Source of the DNA: Nostoc sp. DedSLP01
GTDB lineage: Bacteria; Cyanobacteriota; Cyanobacteriia; Cyanobacteriales; Nostocaceae
DNA length: 64,000 nt
Assembly: GCA_034530875.2 (NCBI GenBank)
Contig: JAVRCJ020000014.1
Span: forward strand, 141,189-205,188
Direction: 5' to 3'
The notes under the pieces were generated by a model that was given only the letters and a program-made list of their open reading frames with translations, was not told the origin of the DNA and made no database searches. The position numbers were made by a program, and so were the translations under genes. Of the stretch, positions 21,035 to 31,095 are shown piece after piece; the stretch's first letter is position 1; each line of letters opens with the position of its first letter.

Positions 21035-21712
21035 CTAAACACGAGCTAGAGTAACAATTTCTAACTGATCCTGATACTTACCTTGTCTTGCTTCGTAACT
21101 AATAGCACACGGTTCGCCTTCTAAAAATAGCAACTGAACTACGCCTTCGTTAGCGTAAATGCGACAGTCGGCGCTAGAAGAATTAGAAAATTCTAACGTC
21201 AAATGACCCCGCCATGCAGCTTCAGCAGGTGTTAAGTTAGCTATTATACCACACCTTGCGTAAGTAGATTTACCTATGCAAATTACTGTAATATTATTTG
21301 GAACCTCTAATTTTTCTAAAGCAACCCCTAGACCATAGGAGTGAGCAGGCAAAATAAAGTAACTGCCATTAATATCTGTGTGCAGTGGCGTTGGCTCTAA
21401 ATTTTGGGAATTAAAGTTTTTGGGATCGACTACAGTTCCGGGAATGTGGCGAAAAATGCGAAACTCAGCGGGCGAAAGGCGTATATCGTAGCCATAAGAA
21501 GATAAACCGTAGCTAATTACAGGCACAAATGCTACAGGCTCATCTGTTTTAGAAAGTTCTGATGCTTGCGACAAACTTACCTCCGGCAGTTTAAGGCCGG
21601 AAACGCGACTTAGACTTTCAGCTTTTTGTAATTTTCGGATTAAACTTGGCTCAAAGGGTGAAATCATGCCTTTTTGAGCCATTTCAGTAATCCAGATATC
21701 GTTTTTAATCAC
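21035..21712 (-). CDS. dcd: dCTP deaminase, with an in-frame insertion near the N-terminus
   Basis: ISYGLSSYGYDIRL, GKSTYARCG, AWRGHLTLE, GKYQDQ. Confidence 0.95.
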   Translation of the reverse strand: MIKNDIWITEMAQKGMISPFEPSLIRKLQKAESLSRVSGLKLPEVSLSQASELSKTDEPVAFVPVISYGLSSYGYDIRLSPAEFRIFRHIPGTVVDPKNFNSQNLEPTPLHTDINGSYFILPAHSYGLGVALEKLEVPNNITVICIGKSTYARCGIIANLTPAEAAWRGHLTLEFSNSSSADCRIYANEGVVQLLFLEGEPCAISYEARQGKYQDQLEIVTLARV

Positions 21713-21768
21713 AACTTCACAGCTAATTTAAACAGAATTACTAGGATATCCTGAAGTGAAGATTTTGT

Positions 21769-22305
21769 TTAGGGTCGATGACTGCGACGAATTTCTGTAA
21801 TTTGATCTGCGACATCCAATAGAGATTTTGGCATCTCAGGCCCTGTGAGAATGATGTCAACATGGGAAGGGCGTTTTGCCAGAAATGCTAAAACTTCTGT
21901 TTCCGCAATTAAACCGAGGTTGATCGCTAAACTTAACTCATCTAAAACAACGAGAGAATACTTACTCTCATATACCACGTGTTGTGTATACTGCCATAGC
22001 TTTTGTAAAGCTTGATTTTCCGTATCGTCAAGATGCGGTGTATCAATACAACGAGGTAAATCACACCGAATCCAATCTAAATTTTGTCCTAGTTGTATGG
22101 GTCGTTCTTGCCCCTGACGAATACCTCCTTTAAGGAACTGTACTATCAACACTGATGTTCCTTGTCCGGCAATTCTCAGCGCTTGAGCCATCACACTCGT
22201 AAAAAAGTTTCTGTGGGAGCTAGTAAAAACTTGCACTAGTCCTTCTATTGGATATGGTAAAGCAGGGGCTGAATTTATACTTTGTGTTTCTAGCTGGGCA
22301 ACCAT
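21769..22305 (-). CDS. CobA/CobO/BtuR-like cob(I)alamin adenosyltransferase family protein (degenerate P-loop)
   Basis: GLVQVFT, VQFLKGG, LVVLDEL, IILTG, ADQITE. Confidence 0.8.
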   Translation of the reverse strand: MVAQLETQSINSAPALPYPIEGLVQVFTSSHRNFFTSVMAQALRIAGQGTSVLIVQFLKGGIRQGQERPIQLGQNLDWIRCDLPRCIDTPHLDDTENQALQKLWQYTQHVVYESKYSLVVLDELSLAINLGLIAETEVLAFLAKRPSHVDIILTGPEMPKSLLDVADQITEIRRSHRP

Positions 22306-22648
22306 ACTTAAAGTTATAATCTATACGATAAATTACAGAGTTACACTAGGGTCATTTATTAGGAATCTGCCTGTATAATCAATCTGTTTTTCACAGGTGT
22401 AGTCTATCTGGCAAATTGCATTCCTAGTCAAACACTACCTTTGTCCTGAAGTCAAGAGTTATTTTTATTTGAATTTTCGTCCTTTCTCGGTAAATAGCCG
22501 TAAAAATGATAACAAATAAGTTGCAATTGCAATCACTGAAAAAAGCTAGAAGTAGCGCCTGAATGTATCTAAATATTAGATTTTTTCGTTGTTTGAACAA
22601 AACAAATTTATAAAGTAGTGAATTTTACAGGATGAGGAGTCTATTTTT

Positions 22649-23269
22649 GTGAGATTAGTGATTCTGGGAGGTTCAGGATCGGGTAAAAGTACTCAAGCAC
22701 AAAGGCTTTGTAGATATTTTGATATTCCTCTGATTTCTACAGGTGAAATTTTACGAGAAGCGATATCTGGTAACAAGCCGCTAGCGAACTTCCAATGGCC
22801 GCAAGGCGATCGCCATTATCTTTCTGTTTATACTAGCTTGAGCGAATTAGGCTACCACGTAAAGCCATACGTAGAAAAAGGGGAATTAGTCCCAGACGAA
22901 ACCATCGTTGAATTAATTAAAGTTCGTCTCAGACAATCAGATATTAACTCTGATTGGGTGTTGGAAGGTTATCCGCGCACTGCCTATCAAGCTGAAGAAT
23001 TAGATTTTTTATTGGATGATTTAGGGCAAAAACTAGATTGGGCAATTTATCTACAAGTTCCAGAAGCAGTGATGGTTAGCCGATCCTTGGGGCGATCGCT
23101 ACCAGACGATCAACCGGAAATCGTACAGCGCCGTGTAGAATTATTCTACGATCGCACCATCCCGATCTTGGAATATTACGACCGTCGTCGCCGCCTACTG
23201 ACCATCAACGGCGACCAGTCCCCAGAGATGGTGCTGCAAAATATTTTGACTCTGCTTGCAGTTCCTTAG
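22649..23269 (+). CDS. adk: Adenylate kinase family protein (short LID, with an insertion)
   Basis: GGSGSGKST P-loop, STGEILR, GELVPD, LEGYPRT..QA. Confidence 0.85.
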   Translation: MRLVILGGSGSGKSTQAQRLCRYFDIPLISTGEILREAISGNKPLANFQWPQGDRHYLSVYTSLSELGYHVKPYVEKGELVPDETIVELIKVRLRQSDINSDWVLEGYPRTAYQAEELDFLLDDLGQKLDWAIYLQVPEAVMVSRSLGRSLPDDQPEIVQRRVELFYDRTIPILEYYDRRRRLLTINGDQSPEMVLQNILTLLAVP

Positions 23270-23286
23270 CGTTACCCGAAATCCTT

Positions 23287-23315
23287 GTAGAGACCTAGCA
23301 CTGCTACGTCTCTAC
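23287..23315. repeat. REP-like GTAG palindrome
   Basis: GTAGAGAC.TAGCA-C-TGCTA.GTCTCTAC; relatives at 36743, 52853, 61956 and 62852. Confidence 0.75.
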
Positions 23316-23415
23316 ATTGTTTGTCGCCAGATGCCCAATTCCCCATTTCAGATGATTTACAACACTGAGGTAACCTTAAGGCAGTATTCCATTTAAAAAT
23401 CTTGAGGCAACTCTA

Positions 23416-24162
23416 ATGGCTTGGCAGCGTCCAGACGGTCGTCTTCCCAACGAACTACGTTCCTTCAGCTTTTACCCCAGTTTCACCCGCTTTGCTCCTG
23501 GTTCTGTTCTGGCAAAATGCGGCGATACTCAGGTACTTTGTACCGTTAGCGTAACTAAGGGAGTTCCCAGGTTTCTGGAAGGAAAAGGTAAAGGCTGGTT
23601 AACTGCTGAGTACCGAATGCTACCATCTGCGACGCAGCAACGGCAAGAAAGAGAACTGCTGAAATTATCTGGACGGACGCAAGAAATTCAACGTTTAATC
23701 GGACGTAGCTTACGCGCTGCAATTAATTTTGAAGCACTAGGAGAACATACGCTGACAGTAGATGCTGATGTCCTGCAAGCTGATGCTGGAACTAGAACCA
23801 CGGCTATTACTGGTTCTTTTGTCGCCTTGGCTCATGCCATTTCTAAATTATTACAGCAGGGTATATTGGAGCGATCGCCCCTGTGCGGACAGGTAGCAGC
23901 TGTTTCCGTAGGATTACTAGAGAAAGAGGCATTTTTGGATTTAAATTATATCGAAGATGTGGCTGCAACAGTAGACTTTAATGTGGTGATGAATCACCAT
24001 CTGGAAATCATCGAAGTCCAGGGAACGGCCGAAGAAGGTAGCTTTAGCCGCAGTCAGTTGAATCAATTGCTAGATGTCGCCGAAAAAGGTATTGAACAAT
24101 TATTAATCGCTCAACGCGAAGCGATCGCTGATTGGGAAGAAATAATTATCAGTGGTTATTAA
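23416..24162 (+). CDS. rph: Ribonuclease PH
   Basis: [45 protein letters not shown]. Confidence 0.97.
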   Translation: MAWQRPDGRLPNELRSFSFYPSFTRFAPGSVLAKCGDTQVLCTVSVTKGVPRFLEGKGKGWLTAEYRMLPSATQQRQERELLKLSGRTQEIQRLIGRSLRAAINFEALGEHTLTVDADVLQADAGTRTTAITGSFVALAHAISKLLQQGILERSPLCGQVAAVSVGLLEKEAFLDLNYIEDVAATVDFNVVMNHHLEIIEVQGTAEEGSFSRSQLNQLLDVAEKGIEQLLIAQREAIADWEEIIISGY

Positions 24163-24476
24163 TACATTGTTTTACTTACTCGGAGCTAGCCAAAATCAAG
24201 CAATTAATTATTTTTATGGAAATTTATTAAAAATTAATAAATTTCCCCCTTTGGCATCAATCAAGAAAGTATGAAATAGCTGGGTGTAAATAAAACTAAT
24301 GATGATAGTAGTTAGTACGACTGACTACTGACAATTTGCTTATGGAGGTGATAAGGTGCGTCTACGTTTATGCAAGCTAGCTAATCTACGATGTTAAATG
24401 TTTCAAAAGTTAAAAAGGGGGGTTGTAAGAAGTTAGGTATTGTATTGCTGGAAGCCAGCAATATGATGATGAAGCT

Positions 24477-25199
24477 ATGAACAAAACGGTTGAAGTTCTA
24501 CCGGATCGGTCGGCGCTGGTTGCGAGAGCGCTAAAATTAATTCTGTCCAAGCTAGAAACTGCCATTGAGCAGCGGGGGCAATTTACCATCGCTTTATCAG
24601 GCGGCAGTACACCTAAGCCGTTATACGAAGCGATCGCTAATCAAAAATTGCCTTGGGATAAAATTCATGTATTCTGGGGGGATGAACGTTATGTACCACC
24701 GGATCATCCCGATAGCAATGAATTGATGACGCGCCGTGCATGGCTAAATCATGTTGATATCCCAGCTGCCAACATTCATCCCGTACCGACTTTGGAAGCC
24801 GATCCAGCCCAGGCTGCTGCTAAGTACGAACAGCATCTTAAAGAATTTTTCAATTCTTCTGGAGCCGAGTTTCCCGCATTCGATGCGATATTGCTAGGGA
24901 TGGGCGATGATGCACATACCGCATCTTTGTTTCCTCACACAGAGGCTCTCAAAGTACGCGATCGCTTAGTTACTGTGGGTAATAAAGACGCAAGTCTACG
25001 GATAAGTTTCACATACCCCTTCATCAACTCTGCTCGCAGCGTGATTTTTCTAGTTGCTGGTGCTAACAAAAGACCAGCTTTGGCGCAAGTCTTTGCACCT
25101 GTAGCAGATGACTTCACTTATCCATCCCGTTTAATTAAGCCCCAAGGAGAACTTTGGTGGCTGCTAGATGCAGCAGCAGGTTCGGAACTCCAGCGCTAG
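24477..25199 (+). CDS. pgl: 6-phosphogluconolactonase (DevB family)
   Basis: LSGGSTPK, WGDERYV, LLGMGDDAHTASLFP. Confidence 0.96.
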   Translation: MNKTVEVLPDRSALVARALKLILSKLETAIEQRGQFTIALSGGSTPKPLYEAIANQKLPWDKIHVFWGDERYVPPDHPDSNELMTRRAWLNHVDIPAANIHPVPTLEADPAQAAAKYEQHLKEFFNSSGAEFPAFDAILLGMGDDAHTASLFPHTEALKVRDRLVTVGNKDASLRISFTYPFINSARSVIFLVAGANKRPALAQVFAPVADDFTYPSRLIKPQGELWWLLDAAAGSELQR

Positions 25200-25229
25200 C
25201 AATAGAAGAGGCAGCATTGGCCGAACAGG

Positions 25230-25335
25230 GCATGGGGAGGTGTGGGAGGTGTGGGAGGATGGGAAAAAATCTTTCCCCCCTCTCTCCCCACACTCCCCAC
25301 ACTCCCCTGCCTCCCCTGCCCCCTACCCATCCCCT
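25230..25335. repeat. G-rich/C-rich short-repeat inverted element
   Basis: (GGGAGGTGT)n facing (CCCCACACT)n; similar elements at 35980-36058 and 52900-52980. Confidence 0.7.
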
Positions 25336-25429
25336 CAAAGCTAATTGTTAGAATCTAAAGCTAAGGCCGCCCCTGGAGCTTGCCAGTCCCATCTCATTTT
25401 ATGATGCTCTTGAACAAAGGCTAAAATCG

Positions 25430-26308
25430 ATGATCGTCTGCCCTAATTGCAATCACCCCAATCCTGACGGCGCTGTGCAGTGTGAAGCTTGCTATACGCC
25501 GTTACCAGCAACTACTCACTGTCCCAGTTGTGGGGCAACGGTGCAGGCAGATGCTGCATTCTGTGGTCAGTGTGGCTATAACTTGCATTCAGCAGCAGTT
25601 CCACACGTTCATAGTCCAGTGGCTGCAACAGTGACTCCTGATATCCCTGTGGAAGTACCGCCGTTAGTTCCACCCGATCCGCTTGTGGAAATTTTACAAC
25701 CAGATGGCTTGGGAATTGAGGAAGCTACTAACTCCCACCCTCCCGTTACTTCATCTTTACCACCAACAGCGGTGTCTGCTCCCCCACTCACTCCGCCAGA
25801 GATACCTGTTGCTGAAAATACCCCCCCAACACCACCGCCAACTGTCGCAGCTGTGCCTGTAGTATCTAGCCAAGGTATTCCTACACCGCCACCTCTAGAA
25901 GCAGCACCAGAGCCACAGCCTGAAGTATCCGCACCATCAGTACTACCAACGGTCACTGCTGCGAGAACGCAATTGCAGCAGGTGAGTGCGCGGTTAGTCC
26001 ACGTTCAGACCGATCGCTTGATTGAATTGCCGCAAAATCTTTCTGTAATTCATATTGGCAAGCCTAACGATCGCATTCCTCCAGATGTGGATGTTTCAGG
26101 ATTCCCCAATTCAGAAATTGTCTCGCGGATTCATGCAGATATTCGCGTGGAAGGAGACGCTCATTATGTAGAAGATGTGGGAAGTTCCAATGGAACCTAC
26201 ATTAATAATTTGCCCCTGTTACCAGGGAATCGTCACCGCTTGCGACCAGGCGATCGCATTAGTTTGGGCAAAGGAGACTTGATGACATTCTTGTTTCAAC
26301 TAGCTTAA
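25430..26308 (+). CDS. fraH: Double zinc-ribbon / Pro-rich / FHA protein FraH (filament integrity)
   Basis: Four CxxC pairs, long Pro-rich linker, C-terminal FHA (IGK, VSRIHA, GSSNGT); lies downstream of pgl as in Anabaena. Confidence 0.82.
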   Translation: MIVCPNCNHPNPDGAVQCEACYTPLPATTHCPSCGATVQADAAFCGQCGYNLHSAAVPHVHSPVAATVTPDIPVEVPPLVPPDPLVEILQPDGLGIEEATNSHPPVTSSLPPTAVSAPPLTPPEIPVAENTPPTPPPTVAAVPVVSSQGIPTPPPLEAAPEPQPEVSAPSVLPTVTAARTQLQQVSARLVHVQTDRLIELPQNLSVIHIGKPNDRIPPDVDVSGFPNSEIVSRIHADIRVEGDAHYVEDVGSSNGTYINNLPLLPGNRHRLRPGDRISLGKGDLMTFLFQLA

Positions 26309-26523
26309 GTGATTTTATATCAATCGTGACATCAATTCAAGTATTTTTACCTATCGTCTTGCATTGATTGTGGAGGACAACCAAATCAACGGTATCAGAC
26401 AAACAATGGATAACTATGTTGTTCAGGTTAGGTAGTTAAATGCTGTGTAGTAACTCCCCTTTATTGGGGAGTATTAATTTAATTAATAAAGGTAAGGGAG
26501 AAGGGTAAAAGGTAAAAAGCCAG

Positions 26524-28287
26524 TCAATCAACAGATAAACAACTATTAATTTCATTAATAGTTTCAATAATCTTATCTTCATTCATTTGATAACCCTGTT
26601 CTCTCGCTACTGCTAACGCTTGCTGATAATACTTCAGGGCTTTGGAGTGTTCTTCTAAATCTAGAAATAGTTCACCTATATGTTCAATATTTTGAAGTTC
26701 GCTTATCCGATTGCCTAATCTTTGACAAATCATTAAAGATTGTTGATAGCATTTTATAGCTTTTTTATAATCTTTCAAATTTCTATACATCAATCCTAAA
26801 ATGCTTAGAGTATTACTCTCACTCAGCCTATCTCCAATTTTTTGACTAATTGCTAGAGCTTCTTGCAGATAATTTTGTGCTTTGGAGTAATCTCCTAAAT
26901 CACAATAGACATTTCCCATCAGATAAAGAGTCTCTGCCTGACCCTGTAGAACATTAATTTCTCGTCGTAGAGCTAATGCAAGTTCGTAATAGTTTAATGA
27001 TTTTTCAAAGTCCTTTAAACTAGCATTAAGTAATCCAAGATTACTCAAAACAGTAGCCTCTGTTTCGCGATCGCCCATCTTACTAGCGATTACTAATGCT
27101 TCTTGATAGCATTCTAAAGCTGTTGTATAATTACCGTAACGATAGTATATATGGCCGATATTATTAAGAGTTGTGGCTTGACTCCCAAAATTACCAATCT
27201 TTCGATGTAGAGTCAAAGCTTCTTTATAGTATTGAAGCGCCTGGGGAAATTCTTCTAAAAAAGTATAAACTGCTCCAATATTATTTAAAGTAATACCTTC
27301 GCTTTCCTGCGCTCCTATTTCTCGACAAATTGATAAAGCTTGATGATAAGACTCTAATGCCTTTTGATACTCTCCTGTCTGGTCATAAATACCGCCAAAA
27401 TTATGGATTACCGTAGCTTCATTGGCGCGATGGCCTAATTTTTTGAAAATTTTTAAAGCTTTTTTATAGTGTTCTCGTGCTTTCGCATATTCTCCTATAT
27501 CACGATAAACACATCCTATATTATTCAGAGAAGAAGCTTGACCTGATAAATTATTATTGTCTATTTCGATATTAAGACATTGATGATGTAACTCTAATGC
27601 TTCTGCATACCGACTTAATTCATTGTAAGTTTGTCCCAAGTTATTAAGAATAGCTGCTTCACCTTTTCGATGATTTTGACTTCTGTAAATTTTTAATGCC
27701 TCTTGATATTTTTCTAAAGCTTTTTGAGGCTGTCCAAGACTTTTATAAATTAATCCAGTATTACTGAGAGTAGTAGCTTCATTAGAGAAATCGCCTATTT
27801 CTCTGCTAATGATTAAGGAGCGATCGTAATACTTAAGAGCTTCTGAATATTGTCCTAATACGGAATACACTGCTCCAATACCACAAAGTGTTTTTCCTTC
27901 CATGATTCGATTTTTGACTTCAAGATGAAGAGAAAATGCTTTTTCATAGTTTTGTAAAGCATTTGAATATTGTCCTAGACTGCGATATGCACTTCCAATA
28001 TTACTCAGAGTAGTACCTTCATTTTTTAAATCTTGAATTCTTTGAAAATAAGATAAAGCTTGACTGAATCGTTTTAATGCATCAAGATAATGTCCTTGAT
28101 TGTATAGTTCAAGCCCAAGATTTGAATGCCTTAATCCGTCTACTTGATATTGTTGTTTGATTAAAAACTTAACTAATCGACGAATTGCTCTTAATGGTCT
28201 AAGTAAAACTGAAGCTATCGCACGTAAGTAAGGCAACACTTGCAATCTCCAAAGGTTACTTTTTGAGTTCAAACTTATTTTTCCCAA
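26524..28287 (-). CDS. Tetratricopeptide repeat protein
   Basis: About 12 repeats of roughly 40 aa (EA.TL.NIG..Y..LG.Y..AL..Y..AL); no catalytic domain seen; start uncertain (TTG). Confidence 0.85.
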   Translation of the reverse strand: MGKISLNSKSNLWRLQVLPYLRAIASVLLRPLRAIRRLVKFLIKQQYQVDGLRHSNLGLELYNQGHYLDALKRFSQALSYFQRIQDLKNEGTTLSNIGSAYRSLGQYSNALQNYEKAFSLHLEVKNRIMEGKTLCGIGAVYSVLGQYSEALKYYDRSLIISREIGDFSNEATTLSNTGLIYKSLGQPQKALEKYQEALKIYRSQNHRKGEAAILNNLGQTYNELSRYAEALELHHQCLNIEIDNNNLSGQASSLNNIGCVYRDIGEYAKAREHYKKALKIFKKLGHRANEATVIHNFGGIYDQTGEYQKALESYHQALSICREIGAQESEGITLNNIGAVYTFLEEFPQALQYYKEALTLHRKIGNFGSQATTLNNIGHIYYRYGNYTTALECYQEALVIASKMGDRETEATVLSNLGLLNASLKDFEKSLNYYELALALRREINVLQGQAETLYLMGNVYCDLGDYSKAQNYLQEALAISQKIGDRLSESNTLSILGLMYRNLKDYKKAIKCYQQSLMICQRLGNRISELQNIEHIGELFLDLEEHSKALKYYQQALAVAREQGYQMNEDKIIETINEINSCLSVD

Positions 28288-28600
28288 TTATTTACTTTAG
28301 ACTTGCAGCAGACTAAAAGCTGTTCCAATCTTAGAGGATGTTTGACAAGTCGCAATCTACAAACCTCTCTCCAAACACTTTTGTGAAACGTCGTGAGGCT
28401 TTGAAAGCCCCATTAGCTTAATAATTACACTAGGATAGATGAAAATACACGCCAATTTGAGATTTGGAATTTTGGATTTTAGATTGAAGAGATAATCTAA
28501 AATCGTTTGACTGAGCGCTTGCGCCAGAGTCGAAAATCTCAAATTTGATGCTACGCGATTCATCCATAGAGAAAATCTAAAATCTAAACTTGAGTTATCT

Positions 28601-29338
28601 ATGAAGGAACCAAGCAAAAATTTGGAAAACTTGCTCGCAAAGGAAGCTCCTGCTGTTGTTGAACGTATGGGGCTAAAGTGGCTAATTGCAGCTGCGATCG
28701 CTACTGCTTTCTTGTGGCAAGTTCCAGAAGGAGATTATATCTTATACCCATTTACAATCTTGGCAACTTGGTTTCATGAAATGGGTCACGGTTTGATGGC
28801 ACTCCTATTAGGAGGACAGTTTCAAAAATTGGAGATTTTTAGTAATGGTTCCGGTGTTGCAACTTATGGTCTTCGCTTATCATTGGCGCCAATTGGGCCG
28901 GCCTTAGTCGCAGCAGCAGGCCCAATGGGGCCACCCCTTGCCGGTGCAGCTTTGATTTTGTCTTCCCGCAGTTTTAGAGCAGCTTCCCTAAGTTTGAAAA
29001 TTTTAGGGAGTTTTTTATTGATTTCTACATTAATTTGGGTGCGTTCTTGGTTTGGGTTGGTGGCAATACCTTTGCTGGGTTTGATAATTTTAGGTATTGC
29101 TCTGAAAGCACCTCGTTGGATACAAGGGTTTACCATTCAATTTTTAGGCGTACAAGCTTGTGTAAGTACTTACCATCAATTAGATTATTTATTTAGTAGC
29201 TCTGCTGGCCTGCTTGGACTTTCAGACACAGCACAAATGCAGCGGTATTTGCTTTTGCCTTACTGGTTTTGGGGCGGGTTAATGGCGATCGCATCTGGGG
29301 TGATTTTAGTCCAAAGTCTCCGCATTGCCTATCGTTGA
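28601..29338 (+). CDS. M50B family membrane metallopeptidase
   Basis: HEMGH in a TM segment, AAGP, SD motif; multiple TM helices. Confidence 0.85.
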   Translation: MKEPSKNLENLLAKEAPAVVERMGLKWLIAAAIATAFLWQVPEGDYILYPFTILATWFHEMGHGLMALLLGGQFQKLEIFSNGSGVATYGLRLSLAPIGPALVAAAGPMGPPLAGAALILSSRSFRAASLSLKILGSFLLISTLIWVRSWFGLVAIPLLGLIILGIALKAPRWIQGFTIQFLGVQACVSTYHQLDYLFSSSAGLLGLSDTAQMQRYLLLPYWFWGGLMAIASGVILVQSLRIAYR

Positions 29339-29366
29339 GCATAATTAAAATATTTAAAACCCAATC

Positions 29367-30110
29367 ATGGCAAACAAACTGACAGGCAAAGTTGCATTGG
29401 TAACTGGGGGTTCCCGCGGTCTAGGGGCGGCGATCGCCAAACGTCTGGCGGATGATGGCGCAGCCGTAGCTCTCACCTATACTAGTTCGCCACAAAAAGC
29501 CGATGAAGTGGTGCGTGCAATTGAATCGGCTGGCGGACGAGCCTTGGCAATACGGGCTGATAGTGCGGATGTCGAAGCAGTAAAAAACGCGGTCGCCGAA
29601 ACTGTAAAAGCCTTTGGTCGCCTAGATATCCTTGTAAACAATGCAGGAGTTGCTGCCTTAGCGCCCATCGATGAGTTCTCACTGGAGGAGTTCGACCGAC
29701 TGGTTGCGGTTAACATCAAGGGCGTTTTCGTAGCTACCCAAGAGGCTATCCGTCACATGGGTGAGGGCGGACGAATCATCAACATTGGCAGCGTTAACAG
29801 TGACCTTGTACCCTTTACTGGCGGCTCAGTTTATGCTTTAACCAAAGGTGCGATCGCTAGTTTCACGCGCGGTCTTGCTCGCGATCTCGGCCCTCGGGGT
29901 ATCACGGTCAACAATATCCAGCCCGGCCCGGTGGATACTGACATGAACCCAGCAGAGGGTTCCTTTGCCGAGGGTATCAAAAAAATAACCGCCTTACAGC
30001 GGTATGGACACAGCGAGGAAATTGCTGGAATGGTTTCTTATCTTGCTAGTGACGAGGCCGGTTTTATCACCGGCGCAAGTTTGAAGATTGACGGTGGCTT
30101 TACAGCTTAA
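29367..30110 (+). CDS. SDR family oxidoreductase (BdcA/FabG-like)
   Basis: TGGSRGLG, NNAG, YALTK, PGPVDTDMNP. Confidence 0.92.
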   Translation: MANKLTGKVALVTGGSRGLGAAIAKRLADDGAAVALTYTSSPQKADEVVRAIESAGGRALAIRADSADVEAVKNAVAETVKAFGRLDILVNNAGVAALAPIDEFSLEEFDRLVAVNIKGVFVATQEAIRHMGEGGRIINIGSVNSDLVPFTGGSVYALTKGAIASFTRGLARDLGPRGITVNNIQPGPVDTDMNPAEGSFAEGIKKITALQRYGHSEEIAGMVSYLASDEAGFITGASLKIDGGFTA

Positions 30111-30201
30111 TCCGGCCAGTAGGGAAGTTGAGGGGCGAAGTCCAGAATCGTAACTCCTAACTCCTAACTCAGGATTCACCACTTTTGTGGCAGTTGTTTG
30201 A

Positions 30202-30516
30202 TTACTGCTGCATCGAAGTTGTGGGAAAAATTCTGCTAAATATAGGAATTCTTAATTCAGGCTGAGTTGCAGTGGTATTTGCCTTAGGAGCAGAAGAGTC
30301 GCTAACTGTCTCAGAGACAACAGTGGCTTTATTATCAGCAGAATCAATCGAACCAGGCAATTCGGCAGTGGAAGTTGAATTTGAAGATACGGAACTAATC
30401 TGATCGGTATTTTGACTCTCGGATTTGGCCGCGGTTTGAGCATGGCATGGAGTCGTAATGCAAGTTGAAATTGTTCCTAATCCCAGGATCAGCAGGCTAC
30501 AAATATATTTTTGCAT
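30202..30516 (-). CDS. Small secreted Ser/Thr-rich hypothetical protein
   Basis: Signal peptide ending CHA-Q, low-complexity body, C-terminal RIPIFSRIFP. Confidence 0.65.
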   Translation of the reverse strand: MQKYICSLLILGLGTISTCITTPCHAQTAAKSESQNTDQISSVSSNSTSTAELPGSIDSADNKATVVSETVSDSSAPKANTTATQPELRIPIFSRIFPTTSMQQ

Positions 30517-31095
30517 GGTGATTTTTCAAATTGGTTAATAAATGTTCCAAAGTGATATAGGTGGTATTTTTTCTCTATTTCCAAGAAAATCGCTATTTCA
30601 CCCAGATAACTTTTTGCGCTTTTAAATAAATCCTGTTATTTATTCACAGCTTTTACTAGAAAATTGCGCAATTTAGAATATTAATAATCTAGTGATATTT
30701 ATTCGTCTTTAAAACAGGAATATTACTGATTTTGATATAAATAAATTTTTAGGAAATTAGTTATTTTTTAGGAATTTAATAAAGTCAACTAAAAAGTTCA
30801 TATACTTGGTTTATAACTAATTGTTGTTTTCATGAAGTTGCTTCCGTAAATGAATGCGTGTAAGCGTTTCGGGACAGATATTAATTTGAGTTTATTCAGT
30901 AAATACTCAGAAAATTGTTTGACAGCAAGATTAAGACAAGCAACAATCAAGCTATAAATTTTTGATTTATGTCAATATCTTAAGCTTGACCTTCTATATC
31001 AGAAACTTTCGCCGCATCTGTTGATTCTTAAAGATTAGGCTAGATTTCTCTAGTTAGCGATCGCAACATCCATACTCTTATCTTTTTGAAAATTT

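Noticed and set aside
26524..28287. TPR-CHAT protease or NLR-like defence gene
   Set aside because: Only TPRs are visible; there is no CHAT, NB-ARC or effector domain and no partner gene.
28357..28617. 86-aa ORF
   Set aside because: Made of ATTTTAG/AAATCT-type heptamer repeats and repeat fragments.
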